In this document: positions 1 through 10,400 of the stretch, in pieces
Numbering within the stretch: position 1 is the stretch's first letter
How the letters are laid out: each line of letters starts with the position of its first letter
Notes under the pieces: generated by a model
Told to the model about the DNA's origin: nothing
The model's input: only the letters and a program-made list of their open reading frames with translations
Database searches by the model: none
From: Candidatus Poribacteria bacterium
GTDB lineage: Bacteria; Poribacteria; WGA-4E; WGA-3G
Assembly (NCBI GenBank): GCA_965214095.1
Contig: OZ243938.1
Location: 64,001-128,000 of the forward strand
DNA length: 64,000 bases
Direction: 5' to 3'
Program-made: the position numbers and the translations under genes

Positions 1-868
1 AGACCGCATAACGCGTAACTTCGGCATCAGATAAAGATTTTATTGGCGTTACTTGGGCAACGCCAAGGTCTTCCTGTTTATTTCGAATCCCTTCTTGCGT
101 AAGTACTGATAGAATAGTATCACTCTTATCATCTCTATATCTTAAATCAATTTCAACAATTTGATGTTGTGCGAGTAAATCGGATAATGTTTCAGCTTGG
201 CTATCCACATATCCATAATCAAGGGCTTGAAGGGTTGTTAGAGTCAGCAACTCTCCCTCAGAACAGAGCACTTTCATTTGTGTGCCAGCTTCTTGTTCAG
301 CAAAATATTCATCTGCGCGCAATTTGATTATATCACCATTTCTGAGTCGGACAAGGTATAACCGCTTGTCTACCATAGTCTCAGCAATGTCAGGGTTTCT
401 ATCTGCGCGTTCAGCTGTTGAACGAATTGTAGCACGAAGGTCTGAAACGATTTTCTCAGGTGCTTCCTGACCACTTCCATCAACGGGTTGAGAATCTCCA
501 ATTGTTGCACCAGATGACATCACAATCTGATCACACGCAGTAGATATCATCGCGCCAGCGGAAATAGCACGCCTATTGACAAAAGCAATAGTTGGAATCT
601 CTGTTTCTTGGATTTCCCTGATAATTTTCAGTGCAGCATTAACACTTCCACCTGGCGTATTCACATCAAATATAATCACGTCTGCATTAGCTTTTTCTGC
701 TCTATTAACGCCTTTGCTGATGTAACTACTGACACCACCACCTATCACATCCCGAATGTCCAAAACATAGACTAAGGCTGTATCTTCTTCTGCTGACAGA
801 CCACTACCAAAAATAAGTAAACAGCATAAAAGGAGTGTGTTCATTAGTAGGTTTCTTTGCTTCTTCAT
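1..868 (-). CDS. NfeD-family membrane-bound ClpP-class serine protease, N-terminal part (runs off the window edge)
   Basis: Manual translation from ATG at 868: MKKQRNLL...IIFDVNTPGGSV...PTIAFVNRRAISAGAMISTACDQIVM...TIGDSQP. These are NfeD motifs; the ORF is absent from the supplied track. Confidence 0.85.
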   Translation of the reverse strand, partial: MKKQRNLLMNTLLLCCLLIFGSGLSAEEDTALVYVLDIRDVIGGGVSSYISKGVNRAEKANADVIIFDVNTPGGSVNAALKIIREIQETEIPTIAFVNRRAISAGAMISTACDQIVMSSGATIGDSQPVDGSGQEAPEKIVSDLRATIRSTAERADRNPDIAETMVDKRLYLVRLRNGDIIKLRADEYFAEQEAGTQMKVLCSEGELLTLTTLQALDYGYVDSQAETLSDLLAQHQIVEIDLRYRDDKSDTILSVLTQEGIRNKQEDLGVAQVTPIKSLSDAEVTRYAV

Positions 869-1024
869 TTTCCATCACCCCAGTTGCGACCTTATATTTT
901 ATCTTATGTATATTGATGATTTTTATTTGCTGGACTTAGATATAAGTATACCTTAATTGTTCATGGGTGTCAAGATACCTATTAGTAAAGTGCGTATAGA
1001 GATTATTTCAACTGCATTAGATAA

Positions 1025-1609
1025 TTATGAACGACCCTCAATCAACTCTTCTTTAATCCAAGCATGCAAAACATGATTCAATACAAGATGCACATCTTCA
1101 ACTGGACCATACTCGTTGCTATCAACAACAACGTTTACATCACAAATCTTTGCCAATCGTCCACCACCAAATCCACTCCACCCAACTGTCTTGCATCCAG
1201 TGTTAACGGCATGCTCCATTGCACGGATTACATTTTCAGAATTTCCACTTGCGCTGATACCGATCACAACATCGTCAGCATTCACAAGATTCTTGAGTTG
1301 TTCAACAAATACATCTTCATAAGAAACATCGTTAGACCAAGCAGTCATTGTCGCTACGTTATCTGTCAGACTAATAACCCGAAATCGTTTTTTGCCTTCA
1401 ACACTTGTGCCTTTCCCTAAATCACAGGCAAGATGAGATGCCGTAGATGCACTGCCACCGTTTCCTATTACAAATATCTGTTTGTCAGCATGATATGCTT
1501 CCATGATTAAATCAATGGATTTCCGAACATCTTCTAAATTCAACTTGTTTATAGCATCTTGAAGGTGTGTAATATATTTCTGAATTCTCTCCACTTGATT
1601 TTTCTCCAA
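1025..1609 (-). CDS. SIS-domain phosphosugar isomerase (GmhA/phosphoheptose isomerase-like)
   Basis: IGNGGSASTASH, ISASGNSENV and VEDVH motifs. Confidence 0.85.
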   Translation of the reverse strand: MEKNQVERIQKYITHLQDAINKLNLEDVRKSIDLIMEAYHADKQIFVIGNGGSASTASHLACDLGKGTSVEGKKRFRVISLTDNVATMTAWSNDVSYEDVFVEQLKNLVNADDVVIGISASGNSENVIRAMEHAVNTGCKTVGWSGFGGGRLAKICDVNVVVDSNEYGPVEDVHLVLNHVLHAWIKEELIEGRS

Positions 1610-1631
1610 TTCATTCTAAAATCAACAAAAA

Positions 1632-2585
1632 TCAGACTACCAGTGCGACCGCTGCAAGGTCACCCAAAGATTCTCCTAACTGTGCAGGCATAATTGTAAC
1701 TACTTCAGCAGGCCGTTCCATAGCAAATGATGAGACTGTTTTTCTTATAGGTTCAAGTAACAGGTCTCCAGCTGCGATTGCAATTGTGCCTAATAATACA
1801 ATATCAGGATTCAGGATATTCACAAGATTGGCGATACCCCATCCCATAAAATACGCAGTTTCATCAATCAACTTTAGAGCTAATGTGTCCCCTTTCCTTG
1901 CAGCTAAAAGCACATGTTCAGATTTTACTGCATCTATATCTCCATCTGCAAGTTCAAGGAGGACAGAGTTTGGTTCTTTTAAAATCGCTTCTTTAGCACG
2001 ACGTGCAATAGCAGGTCCAGAACACAACGACTCAAGACATCCACGTTTACCACAACCACAGTGCGGTCCATCAGGTAAAAGTATCTGATGTCCTACTTCA
2101 CCTGCACTGTCATTTGCGCCGTGATATATCTGTCCATTGAGGACAATGCCACCACCGATACCAGTACTCATTGTCATATAAAGAACTGATTCGTAACCTC
2201 TACCCCCACCGAACCGATATTCAGCAAGTGCACAAGCATTCGCATCATTTTCAATTATCACAGGAATTCTAAATTCGTTTTTTAACCTTTCTTTTAGTGG
2301 GAATGCCACCCATCCGGGAAGATTTGGTGGCGAATAGACTATACCAGTTTTTGTGTCCAACGGACCACCACAACTGACACCAATCGCTAATATATCTTTC
2401 AGTTCCAATTCTGCTTGATGAATAGTTCGGTAAACCATATCTATCAACAACTGAAGCGCATACCCAGGACCTTTGTCTGCTTGTGTCGGTTCACGGACTT
2501 TGGAGATGATTTCACCAGATACATCGGCAACAACAGTTGCAAGTTTAGTTCCACCGATGTCTATTCCTACAACATAGTTTCCCAT
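1632..2585 (-). CDS. ROK-family sugar kinase
   Basis: GIDIGGTK, ENDANA, STGIGGG, GEVGH and CGCGKRGCLE motifs. Confidence 0.9.
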   Translation of the reverse strand: MGNYVVGIDIGGTKLATVVADVSGEIISKVREPTQADKGPGYALQLLIDMVYRTIHQAELELKDILAIGVSCGGPLDTKTGIVYSPPNLPGWVAFPLKERLKNEFRIPVIIENDANACALAEYRFGGGRGYESVLYMTMSTGIGGGIVLNGQIYHGANDSAGEVGHQILLPDGPHCGCGKRGCLESLCSGPAIARRAKEAILKEPNSVLLELADGDIDAVKSEHVLLAARKGDTLALKLIDETAYFMGWGIANLVNILNPDIVLLGTIAIAAGDLLLEPIRKTVSSFAMERPAEVVTIMPAQLGESLGDLAAVALVV

Positions 2586-2611
2586 AGCATCACGAACATG
2601 GATTCTTTTTC

Positions 2612-4117
2612 TTACAATTGATCGTTTATATCACGGAGTGCGGGATAGATTTGCTCATATACCTTTAATTTTTCATCGTATTGTTGTGCAAACTCCTCAC
2701 GTGGATAATATTCTTTTTGGGGTTTGACTAACAAGTCAACTGCCTCTTCAATTGTATTATATTTACCTGTTGCTGTTCCTGCCAGAATAGCAGTGCCAAG
2801 ACACACACCCTCTGATATATCAAGGGCGATAACCTTTTTACCAAACATATCCGCTTTGAGTTGTAACCATTTTTCTGATTTCGCACCACCACCAATTGCC
2901 CGCACCTCATTTATGACTACACCTGCATCTTGAAGCATTGTGAGATTCTGTTTTATTTCGTAACTAATCCCTTCAAGTATTGCCTTAACAAGTTCCCCCT
3001 TTGAAGTAGAGAGTGATAAACCAACAATTGCCCCTTTCGATTCTAAATCCAGATGTGGTGTCCCAGAACCTGTAAAGTGTGGAAGCAACATCGCTGTTCC
3101 CGGTTCATCAGGTATATCTTCAAGTAAAATATCGTAGACATCGCGTCCTGTTTTCTCCGCTTGTGCAACTTCAGCTTGTGCCAAGGTGTCACGAAACCAA
3201 CGGAGCACAACACCGCCACTTGATACAAATCCCAATGTAACATAGAGTCCTTCAACGACATGAGGATAGCAAGAAAAGTTACCATCTATCATCTGCTGGT
3301 TGACGACCAGTTCAGGAAAAGCAGGTGCAATACATTCCACTGTACCTGTTGCATCCATAACTTCTCCACCACGAATTATACCCGCACCCAACGCTCCACA
3401 CGGTTGATCATGTCCACCTGCAACAACCACAACGCCAGATGGCAGATTAAGTTCACCTGACACTTTTTTACCAATTTCGCCAATTATTGTTCCCGATGGC
3501 ACTGTATCTGGTAAAATAGTTACATCAACATCCGCTAATCCGAGCATTCTATCTGACCATGATTTGTCATTTATGTCAAACGCCATGGTACGTGCAGCAA
3601 GTGAATAATCAACTGCAGGTTGGACTCCCAGTCTGAAATTAATAAAATCTTCAAAACCAAAAAACTTCCAGACCTCTTTATAGATCTCAGGTTGATTTCG
3701 TTGTATCCACACCAATTTTGCAAGCGTATGTATATCACTCGGTGGCATCCCTGTGATTTGCATGACTTCCAATGGAGTTATATCCTGCAGTATTTCATTG
3801 CAGATTCCTATTGTGCGCGAATCAAAAGTAGTTATCGCATTTGCCAAGACATCACAGTTCCCCAACACAGGGGTCACCGCTTCACCTTGAGACGCAACAC
3901 TAATTGCTTCTATAGGATCTGATTTTGTCTGAGAAGCTACCTCCTGAATCCCATTTGATACTTTCTCCCAAACAACATTCCCATCTAATTCTGACCACCC
4001 GAGTTGTGGATGAATTAGCGGATATTCACCATAAGCATGTGCAAGGATTTCTCCATCCTCTTGAAATGCTATAACTTTGCACCCTGTTGTACCAACATCT
4101 ATACCCAATAAACTCAT
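2612..4117 (-). CDS. FGGY-family carbohydrate kinase (xylulokinase-like)
   Basis: GIDVGTTGCK, GGHDQ and GGGAKS motifs. Confidence 0.9.
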   Translation of the reverse strand: MSLLGIDVGTTGCKVIAFQEDGEILAHAYGEYPLIHPQLGWSELDGNVVWEKVSNGIQEVASQTKSDPIEAISVASQGEAVTPVLGNCDVLANAITTFDSRTIGICNEILQDITPLEVMQITGMPPSDIHTLAKLVWIQRNQPEIYKEVWKFFGFEDFINFRLGVQPAVDYSLAARTMAFDINDKSWSDRMLGLADVDVTILPDTVPSGTIIGEIGKKVSGELNLPSGVVVVAGGHDQPCGALGAGIIRGGEVMDATGTVECIAPAFPELVVNQQMIDGNFSCYPHVVEGLYVTLGFVSSGGVVLRWFRDTLAQAEVAQAEKTGRDVYDILLEDIPDEPGTAMLLPHFTGSGTPHLDLESKGAIVGLSLSTSKGELVKAILEGISYEIKQNLTMLQDAGVVINEVRAIGGGAKSEKWLQLKADMFGKKVIALDISEGVCLGTAILAGTATGKYNTIEEAVDLLVKPQKEYYPREEFAQQYDEKLKVYEQIYPALRDINDQL

Positions 4118-4301
4118 TCTTTTTCTCCTTGAATCATGATGTTCATATCATATTACATATCTGATTTTTGTGCAAGGACTCTGTTGTTAGTTTGAACACA
4201 TAATTTGACTTATTTTGCAAAAGATGTTAGTATCAATGCAGTTAGGAAAACAAATCAATTGCTGCAAGATTAGCAACATGAAGATTGATATAGGAGAAAT
4301 A

Positions 4302-5165
4302 ATGAACGCAAGTGATACGGCACAGAAACGAGGTTATGGATTAACCTCAGAAGAACTTTCATTTTGGAATGACAACGGTTATCTCATCAGGCAAGATGTC
4401 TTCTCACATGACGAAAATGATGCCTTACGTAAAGTGGCTGAAGACATTGTGGATGGGAAACGTGCATTTCCCTCTGCACATGTTGATAAGAACGCACTTG
4501 TTAGAGATGGTAAAATCGAAGAACAAGGAATATATGCGATGCATAAGATACACCATCCAAGTTGTTATGTGCCAGAATTCCTATCAAGAGTTAGGGATAC
4601 CCGTTTAACAGACCCAATTGTAGATATGATGGGTCCCGATATACTCGGTATAAACAATCTCTTTATATGGAAAGCACCTAAGATTGGACTTGGATTTCCG
4701 TGGCATCAAGATATGTTTTATTTTCGCAATAGGTTTAACACTGAAACAACTATCGGTACTTGGACTGCTATTGATGCAGCGGATCGAGATAACGGGTGCC
4801 TTTATGTGATACCCGGTAGCCATAAAAATGAGATTCATGAACACGATGACCTTGAAGGTTCACAACAGAAAGAGTTCAAACTGGCTCGCGGCGCACGGGA
4901 CGAAGACGCTGTGGCAGTGGAAGTACAACCCGGTGCAGTTGTCTGGTTTCATAGCTATTTATTACACAAAAGCACAGATAACCACAGTCTGCGATTTAGA
5001 AGAAGCTATGTCATTCACTACTTGAGTGCACAAGCAGAATGGGCAAAAGGTAATGGAACGTATAGAGGACAACCAGTGATGTGGGTTAGGGGACAGACCT
5101 ATCAAGATAAGGTGCATGAAGTTGAAAGAGATGTCTTGCCAGTGCCAAAGTCTGATTCATCATAA
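4302..5165 (+). CDS. PhyH-family Fe(II)/2-oxoglutarate dioxygenase
   Basis: WHQD...NGCLYVIPGSH...LLHKS...R motifs; start chosen at the ATG after a GGAGA RBS. Confidence 0.88.
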   Translation: MNASDTAQKRGYGLTSEELSFWNDNGYLIRQDVFSHDENDALRKVAEDIVDGKRAFPSAHVDKNALVRDGKIEEQGIYAMHKIHHPSCYVPEFLSRVRDTRLTDPIVDMMGPDILGINNLFIWKAPKIGLGFPWHQDMFYFRNRFNTETTIGTWTAIDAADRDNGCLYVIPGSHKNEIHEHDDLEGSQQKEFKLARGARDEDAVAVEVQPGAVVWFHSYLLHKSTDNHSLRFRRSYVIHYLSAQAEWAKGNGTYRGQPVMWVRGQTYQDKVHEVERDVLPVPKSDSS

Positions 5166-5314
5166 TACCGTTTTCTTGTATCTATGCTATGGTTGAGTTC
5201 TATTTACTCCCGAAAATACTCAATCTTTCCGTCAGATATATTCATTTTCCATTTCATATCTATTGTAAAATATGGTATAATGTATCTTGACAAAGGTCAT
5301 TATAGAGGAAAGAA

Positions 5315-6085
5315 ATGCGTTTTAAAGATAGAGTTGCAATTATAACTGGTGGAGGAGGTCCATTAGGTATTGGACGCGCTGCTTGTATAGCATTTGCACG
5401 CGAAGGTGCATCCGTTGTAGTTGCTGGCGGAAGAAGTGCAGATGCTGTCGCTTCAGAGATAAAAGCCGAAGGCGGAGAAGCAATTGCCAGACCATTAGAT
5501 GTCACAGATCCGCAACAAGTTCAAGCAACCGTTGATGTAACATTGGAGAAATATGGACGGATTGACATTCTATTCAACAACGCTGGCATAATTAACAGAC
5601 AAACCCTATTTGAGTTGACCCCAGAAGCCTATGACAAAGTTATGGATGTTAATGTAAAGGGGTGTTTATTATGTGCACAAGCTGCAGCAAAGGCCATGAT
5701 TGCTCAAAATATCAGAGGTAGGATTATCAATAATTCTTCTATTTTTGCAGAAGAATCGCATGTTGGTGTTCTAAGTTATTGTGTGAGTAAAGCTGCCGTA
5801 AACCGATTGACACGTAGTCTGTCATTGGAACTACGACCACATGGAATTACTGTGAATGCTGTTGCACCAGGAGGTGGTGCCCCCACAGGTATGAATGCAC
5901 CGCACAACTTACCAGTGGATGAAAGTCTACCAGAACTGTTACCAGCACCATCGGACGTTCCCCTTGAACGTAGTGCAACAGTATGGGATTATATCGGCGC
6001 AGTGCTTTTTCTTGCATCTGATGATGCAGCTTATATTAGTGGTGATATTATCACTGTAGATGGTGGAGCCGTTTCTCGAAGATGA
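5315..6085 (+). CDS. SDR-family oxidoreductase
   Basis: TGGGGPLGIG, NNAG and YCVSK (YxxxK) motifs. Confidence 0.9.
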   Translation: MRFKDRVAIITGGGGPLGIGRAACIAFAREGASVVVAGGRSADAVASEIKAEGGEAIARPLDVTDPQQVQATVDVTLEKYGRIDILFNNAGIINRQTLFELTPEAYDKVMDVNVKGCLLCAQAAAKAMIAQNIRGRIINNSSIFAEESHVGVLSYCVSKAAVNRLTRSLSLELRPHGITVNAVAPGGGAPTGMNAPHNLPVDESLPELLPAPSDVPLERSATVWDYIGAVLFLASDDAAYISGDIITVDGGAVSRR

Positions 6086-6572
6086 AAGTCGAAGGAGATT
6101 ATATGTTTTGTGGTTTATAAATGCACTTGAATCTTGTTGGATTGTAATCAGTGGTTGGGTTACGTTCTTATTGGAACTAATTGCTAATCACTGGTTATTT
6201 TTTTTGATTTTTTCTGGCATAAGTTTAGTACTCAGCATTGTTGGATGTGCAGCCATGATTACATATATACCACCTGACTATTTCAATGACGCAAAGCAGA
6301 TTCGCCCTATAAAAAATCCTGTGTTACGTGTGATGGTTTCTACACTGAAAAACTTAATAGGTTTCCTGCTTATAGTCGTTGGAGCACTTCTTGCTGTACC
6401 TGGTGTACCAGGACAGGGGTTACTGACAATCTTAACAGGATTGATAATCAGTGACTTTCCGGGAAGAAAACGACTTGCACGTCGAATTATTCGTATGCCT
6501 GCCGTGCTTTTAGCTGCGAACAAAATACGCACGAATTTCAAGCGTCCCCCACTTGTAATAAATAAAGATTAA
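6060..6572 (+). CDS. Small membrane protein (PGPGW-like domain); true start probably slightly downstream
   Basis: Hydrophobic helices, VPGVPGQGLLTIL motif, DFPGRK. Confidence 0.65.
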   Translation: MVEPFLEDESRRRLYVLWFINALESCWIVISGWVTFLLELIANHWLFFLIFSGISLVLSIVGCAAMITYIPPDYFNDAKQIRPIKNPVLRVMVSTLKNLIGFLLIVVGALLAVPGVPGQGLLTILTGLIISDFPGRKRLARRIIRMPAVLLAANKIRTNFKRPPLVINKD

Positions 6573-6596
6573 TAGGAGACAATTGTTGAATCCTTC

Positions 6597-7946
6597 CTAA
6601 GATTCTGTATCTACATCGTCAACCGATTCACCATCTTCTCCTTTTGTAATGCTTGCTTGAAGTTTCTCTAATCCTGCAATCTCATCACTTTTCATCTCAA
6701 TACTTCCCTTGATAACCTCCACATTCCTTCCTATCAACCAATTCGGTATTCTTAATATATGCATAGAAAGGAAAGCAGCAAACAACATAAGACAACCAAC
6801 TAAAAGGTATGCTACAATTGGAATCGTAGGCTTCAATCCTTTACTCAAAGGAATAGGCATATCTAATAAATTACCATAGCAGAGGGCAAATCCGCCTCTA
6901 CCATACCACGAACCCAATGTTAACTGGTAATTGTTCAGGTTATCATGATCTAAAAAGCCGTTTGGTTTTAGGTGATCATGTCTACCTACGAAATACTGTC
7001 TATTTCCTTGCCATCTCAAGTTACCATCTTTTGAAATGTGATATTGGTTGTCAAGTAAGTCGGGTGGTTGAAGTGGATCTACTTCAGGATCAACGTTTTC
7101 AACACTTTTTTGCATAGTCTCAAACATCGCTTTCATATCATCTCTCAGCGACATCTTTAGTCCAATAATAAAATCTGTTAAGTCACCACCAGCATCATTA
7201 TATTCAAGGATGTCGCTCCAATCAGCTAAACGCACTCCATCACCCAATTGTGCTATACACTCAGCATTATGATCCTCCGTTTCGTTCAATGAATGTCCAA
7301 TGACATGGAAATTGTCATAACTTGCTAAAGATTTGTCTTTTACATTCTCGTCCAATTCTCCATAACAGAGTGCATATCCACCTTGTGCAAACCAAGATCC
7401 GACTGTCAATAAGTAATTATTTAGGTTGTCATGGTCTAAGAAACCGGGCGGTTTGATGTGATCATGTCTTGCAACAAAGTAATGTCTGTTTGAACCTTGA
7501 TATCTTGGTCCTCCAAGATATGAAATTCGATAACCAGAACCAGGTGCATACGGAATTAATTGTTGTCCTTTCTCTTGCACACTGCTTTCTGAATTCCTCT
7601 TTATGGTATTAAACACATCAAGCATGTCTTCTCTGATTGACATCTTGAGCCCTTTAATAAATTCGTCTAATGAACCTCCCGACTCATAAAATGCAACAAT
7701 ATCGTTCCAATCTGCTAAACGCATCCCATTACCCAATTGTGCTTTACTTTCTGCCTGAAGATCCCCCATTTCATCTAAATCGTGCGCAATAACATGAAAT
7801 TGCTGAAAACTTGTTAAAGGTTTCCCTGTAGGTAACATATTAGTCAATGATTTTGATAGTTGAATTACATAAAAAGATGCAAAAAATGCACCTATCAACA
7901 AACAACATACCAACACCGCTGCGATGAACTGTTTCTGTTTTAACAT
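6597..7946 (-). CDS. Membrane-anchored protein with two copies of an uncharacterised ~150-aa domain
   Basis: N- and C-terminal TM helices; repeated FHVI.H....RLADW.DI...YF..RHDH.KP.GFLDHDNLNNY.LT.GSW...GG.ALCYG. Confidence 0.75.
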   Translation of the reverse strand: MLKQKQFIAAVLVCCLLIGAFFASFYVIQLSKSLTNMLPTGKPLTSFQQFHVIAHDLDEMGDLQAESKAQLGNGMRLADWNDIVAFYESGGSLDEFIKGLKMSIREDMLDVFNTIKRNSESSVQEKGQQLIPYAPGSGYRISYLGGPRYQGSNRHYFVARHDHIKPPGFLDHDNLNNYLLTVGSWFAQGGYALCYGELDENVKDKSLASYDNFHVIGHSLNETEDHNAECIAQLGDGVRLADWSDILEYNDAGGDLTDFIIGLKMSLRDDMKAMFETMQKSVENVDPEVDPLQPPDLLDNQYHISKDGNLRWQGNRQYFVGRHDHLKPNGFLDHDNLNNYQLTLGSWYGRGGFALCYGNLLDMPIPLSKGLKPTIPIVAYLLVGCLMLFAAFLSMHILRIPNWLIGRNVEVIKGSIEMKSDEIAGLEKLQASITKGEDGESVDDVDTES

Positions 7947-8169
7947 TTTATTCCCTCAGATTTTTTTAGGTATATATTTATGGCTTGAAAAAATTGTAAT
8001 GGATCTTATTCTAAGTTGAAGGCGTGACGTATAGGATAATACCATATTTTTGGAAAAAGTAAAACCAAAATTCTTATTAGCAAATACAATTACTTCTGAT
8101 AGTGAGAGACCTGTCTTCATTATCAGAATAGCGATATATATTAGATATGCAAATATAGATAGGCATTTA

Positions 8170-8209
8170 AAAAGATAATACCTCGTAATCCTACGAGGTA
8201 TTATCTTTT
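8170..8209. terminator. Hairpin, probable intrinsic terminator downstream of the DUF1028 gene
   Basis: Perfect 18-bp inverted repeat AAAAGATAATACCTCGTA / TACGAGGTATTATCTTTT. Confidence 0.6.
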
Positions 8210-8324
8210 CTCTTTATTCTTTTTATCGATAAATTCAGGGATATTAACCAAATCCTAAAGGATTATGGAACCGATTTTCAAGAATAAATAGAAGGTCTAT
8301 TATCCAATTAAGCACGGTGTAAGG

Positions 8325-8996
8325 TCAACGGGAGAAAAATTGTTTATGTATGTTTAAGAGACGTTGCAGTTCTTCTATAGGTTTAGCTGCATCGTCTACG
8401 CGTATGTCAATATATCGGTCATTAAATCCACCATACCCGCCGTTTTTTCGGACAACAAGGAGTGCAGCGGATTGTTGACCCCGTTTGTCACCACCCTCAT
8501 CTTGCCCCGCAAATAAGGCAGCTAAGAGCTTGTCTGCCAATTCACCATCTGCTGCTTCAAAGGATTTTCCCATCGCTTTCACAACATCTTCACCTGTAAG
8601 GATATTTCCTTGTGCAGCATAATGCTTACCAGAAAATGCACCTGCCCAATCGTTGCATTCCTCACCAGTGAAGTGTGTAACATTACCCGAAGCATCTACG
8701 ATACCAACTTGCCGTGATTCTCTGCCATTATCATCTTTAATCAGATGTTCCAATGCTTGTTCCGCAGACAAACCGATCTTTAGCAACTGTAAACCTCTCG
8801 GACCATAGGTTGTATTTGCCCAAGATTGCGTTGCAATTGCTCCGACACCTACTTCTGCCCAAGGCACTACTGCTCCAACAGCAAAAAACTTTGATTGAAC
8901 TGCGACACCTAAATCTCCATTATCAGGATCATATCCAACAATGGAAAATGTTGATATGGCTTTGACGTTCTTGGAGAAAGAAAGATTATTATACAT
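8325..8996 (-). CDS. DUF1028-family Ntn-hydrolase-like protein
   Basis: STFSIVGYD...GVAVQSKFFAVG, GGDKRGQQSAAL and DIRVDD motifs. Confidence 0.85.
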   Translation of the reverse strand: MYNNLSFSKNVKAISTFSIVGYDPDNGDLGVAVQSKFFAVGAVVPWAEVGVGAIATQSWANTTYGPRGLQLLKIGLSAEQALEHLIKDDNGRESRQVGIVDASGNVTHFTGEECNDWAGAFSGKHYAAQGNILTGEDVVKAMGKSFEAADGELADKLLAALFAGQDEGGDKRGQQSAALLVVRKNGGYGGFNDRYIDIRVDDAAKPIEELQRLLNIHKQFFSR

Positions 8997-9069
8997 TCTG
9001 TTGTGTTTTCTTTATAAGAATTCTGCCTTGCAAGGAAAAACAATGAAATACTGCAAAGAGGCATTTAAG

Positions 9070-10368
9070 CTAATCGTCTTCAAATCTAATTTTCATGGCA
9101 GCGGCATGACCTTCTAATCCTTCTACTTCAGCGAGTTTTACAACATCTGGTGTAACTTTGTCTAATGCTGTTTTTGTATAGGAAATAAGACTGGTCTTTT
9201 TCAGAAAGTCATCCACACTCAACGAGGATGCATAACGAGCAGCGTTGCCTGTAGGAAGAATATGATTGGGTCCAGCAATATAATCACCGACTGCTTCGGG
9301 TGAGTAAGGACCGATGAATATCGCACCTGCGTTCCGAATGTCTCCAATCCAATCAAATGGATCTTCAATGTGAAGTTCTACGTGTTCAGGGGCAATTTTG
9401 TTTGTAATGTCCACAGCTTCTTCTATATTATTGACGATAATTGCAACACCATAATTTTCAAATGCTTTCACCAATTCGTATTGTCTTGGGAGAGTCTGTG
9501 CTTGGAGTTCTACTGCTCCTTTAACTTGCTCCGCGAATCCGCGTGATGTTGTTATCAGAATTGCAGAACATTCTGCCCCGTGTTCCGCTTGTGAAATCAG
9601 ATCTGCTGCGACAAAATCAGGATCAGCAGCACTATCGGCAATGACAAGGATTTCACTTGGACCTGCTAATTTGTCAATTCCAACCTGACCAAAGACCTCT
9701 TTCTTCGCCATCTGAACAAATAAGTTTCCTGGACCAGCAATTTTATCTACTGGAGGAATTGTCTCTGTGCCATAAGCCATTGCAGCGACTGCTTGAGCAC
9801 CGCCGCATTTGTATATCTCATCAATTCCACATTCTGCTGCAGCGACCAGCATGTGTGGATCAATATGACGATTCCGCATCGGTCCCATACATACTGCAAT
9901 TTCTTCTACACCTGCTACGGTAGCCGGTATAACACTCATAAGGAGTGATGACACCAATAGTTGACTCACAGATGGTACACAGACACCAACACGTCTTAAT
10001 GGACGAACAAGCTGTCCTAACAAAACCCCATCTTCCTCGGTGGATAACCAAGATGATTGCAGCTGCTTCTTATGGAAACTTTCTATTTTTTCCTTAGCAT
10101 GGACAATAGCATCTATATAATCAGATTTGACATCGGAATAGGCTTGTTTAAATTCCCGAGGCAGTACCTTTAAACTCTTCGTTGATAGACGCGGGGCATC
10201 ATATTTTCGAGTATAGCGAGCAACTGCTTTGTCACCTTCTTCCCGCACTTCACTGATTGTTCTCCGCACAGTTCTCAGGATATTTTCATCCATCAACTTT
10301 CCACGATCATTCAGTTTTGTAAGAAAGGATGCGCTTTCTGGGGTATCTATTTCAACTATTCGTAACAT
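9070..10368 (-). CDS. hisD: Histidinol dehydrogenase
   Basis: GPGNLFV, AGPSEI, QAEH, APEH and GDYIAGPNHILPT motifs. Confidence 0.95.
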   Translation of the reverse strand: MLRIVEIDTPESASFLTKLNDRGKLMDENILRTVRRTISEVREEGDKAVARYTRKYDAPRLSTKSLKVLPREFKQAYSDVKSDYIDAIVHAKEKIESFHKKQLQSSWLSTEEDGVLLGQLVRPLRRVGVCVPSVSQLLVSSLLMSVIPATVAGVEEIAVCMGPMRNRHIDPHMLVAAAECGIDEIYKCGGAQAVAAMAYGTETIPPVDKIAGPGNLFVQMAKKEVFGQVGIDKLAGPSEILVIADSAADPDFVAADLISQAEHGAECSAILITTSRGFAEQVKGAVELQAQTLPRQYELVKAFENYGVAIIVNNIEEAVDITNKIAPEHVELHIEDPFDWIGDIRNAGAIFIGPYSPEAVGDYIAGPNHILPTGNAARYASSLSVDDFLKKTSLISYTKTALDKVTPDVVKLAEVEGLEGHAAAMKIRFEDD

Positions 10369-10400
10369 ATCAGGTTAATGTCCCGTTTCCTTGTGTGGTT

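Noticed and set aside
282-470. Short plus-strand ORF, and the many other 60-140 aa ORFs overlapping long genes
   Set aside because: Antisense or out-of-frame shadows of well-supported CDSs (here nfeD).
7947-8324. Intergenic region as a possible riboswitch or sRNA
   Set aside because: Only a terminator-like hairpin and AT-rich promoter-like sequence; no recognisable aptamer consensus.
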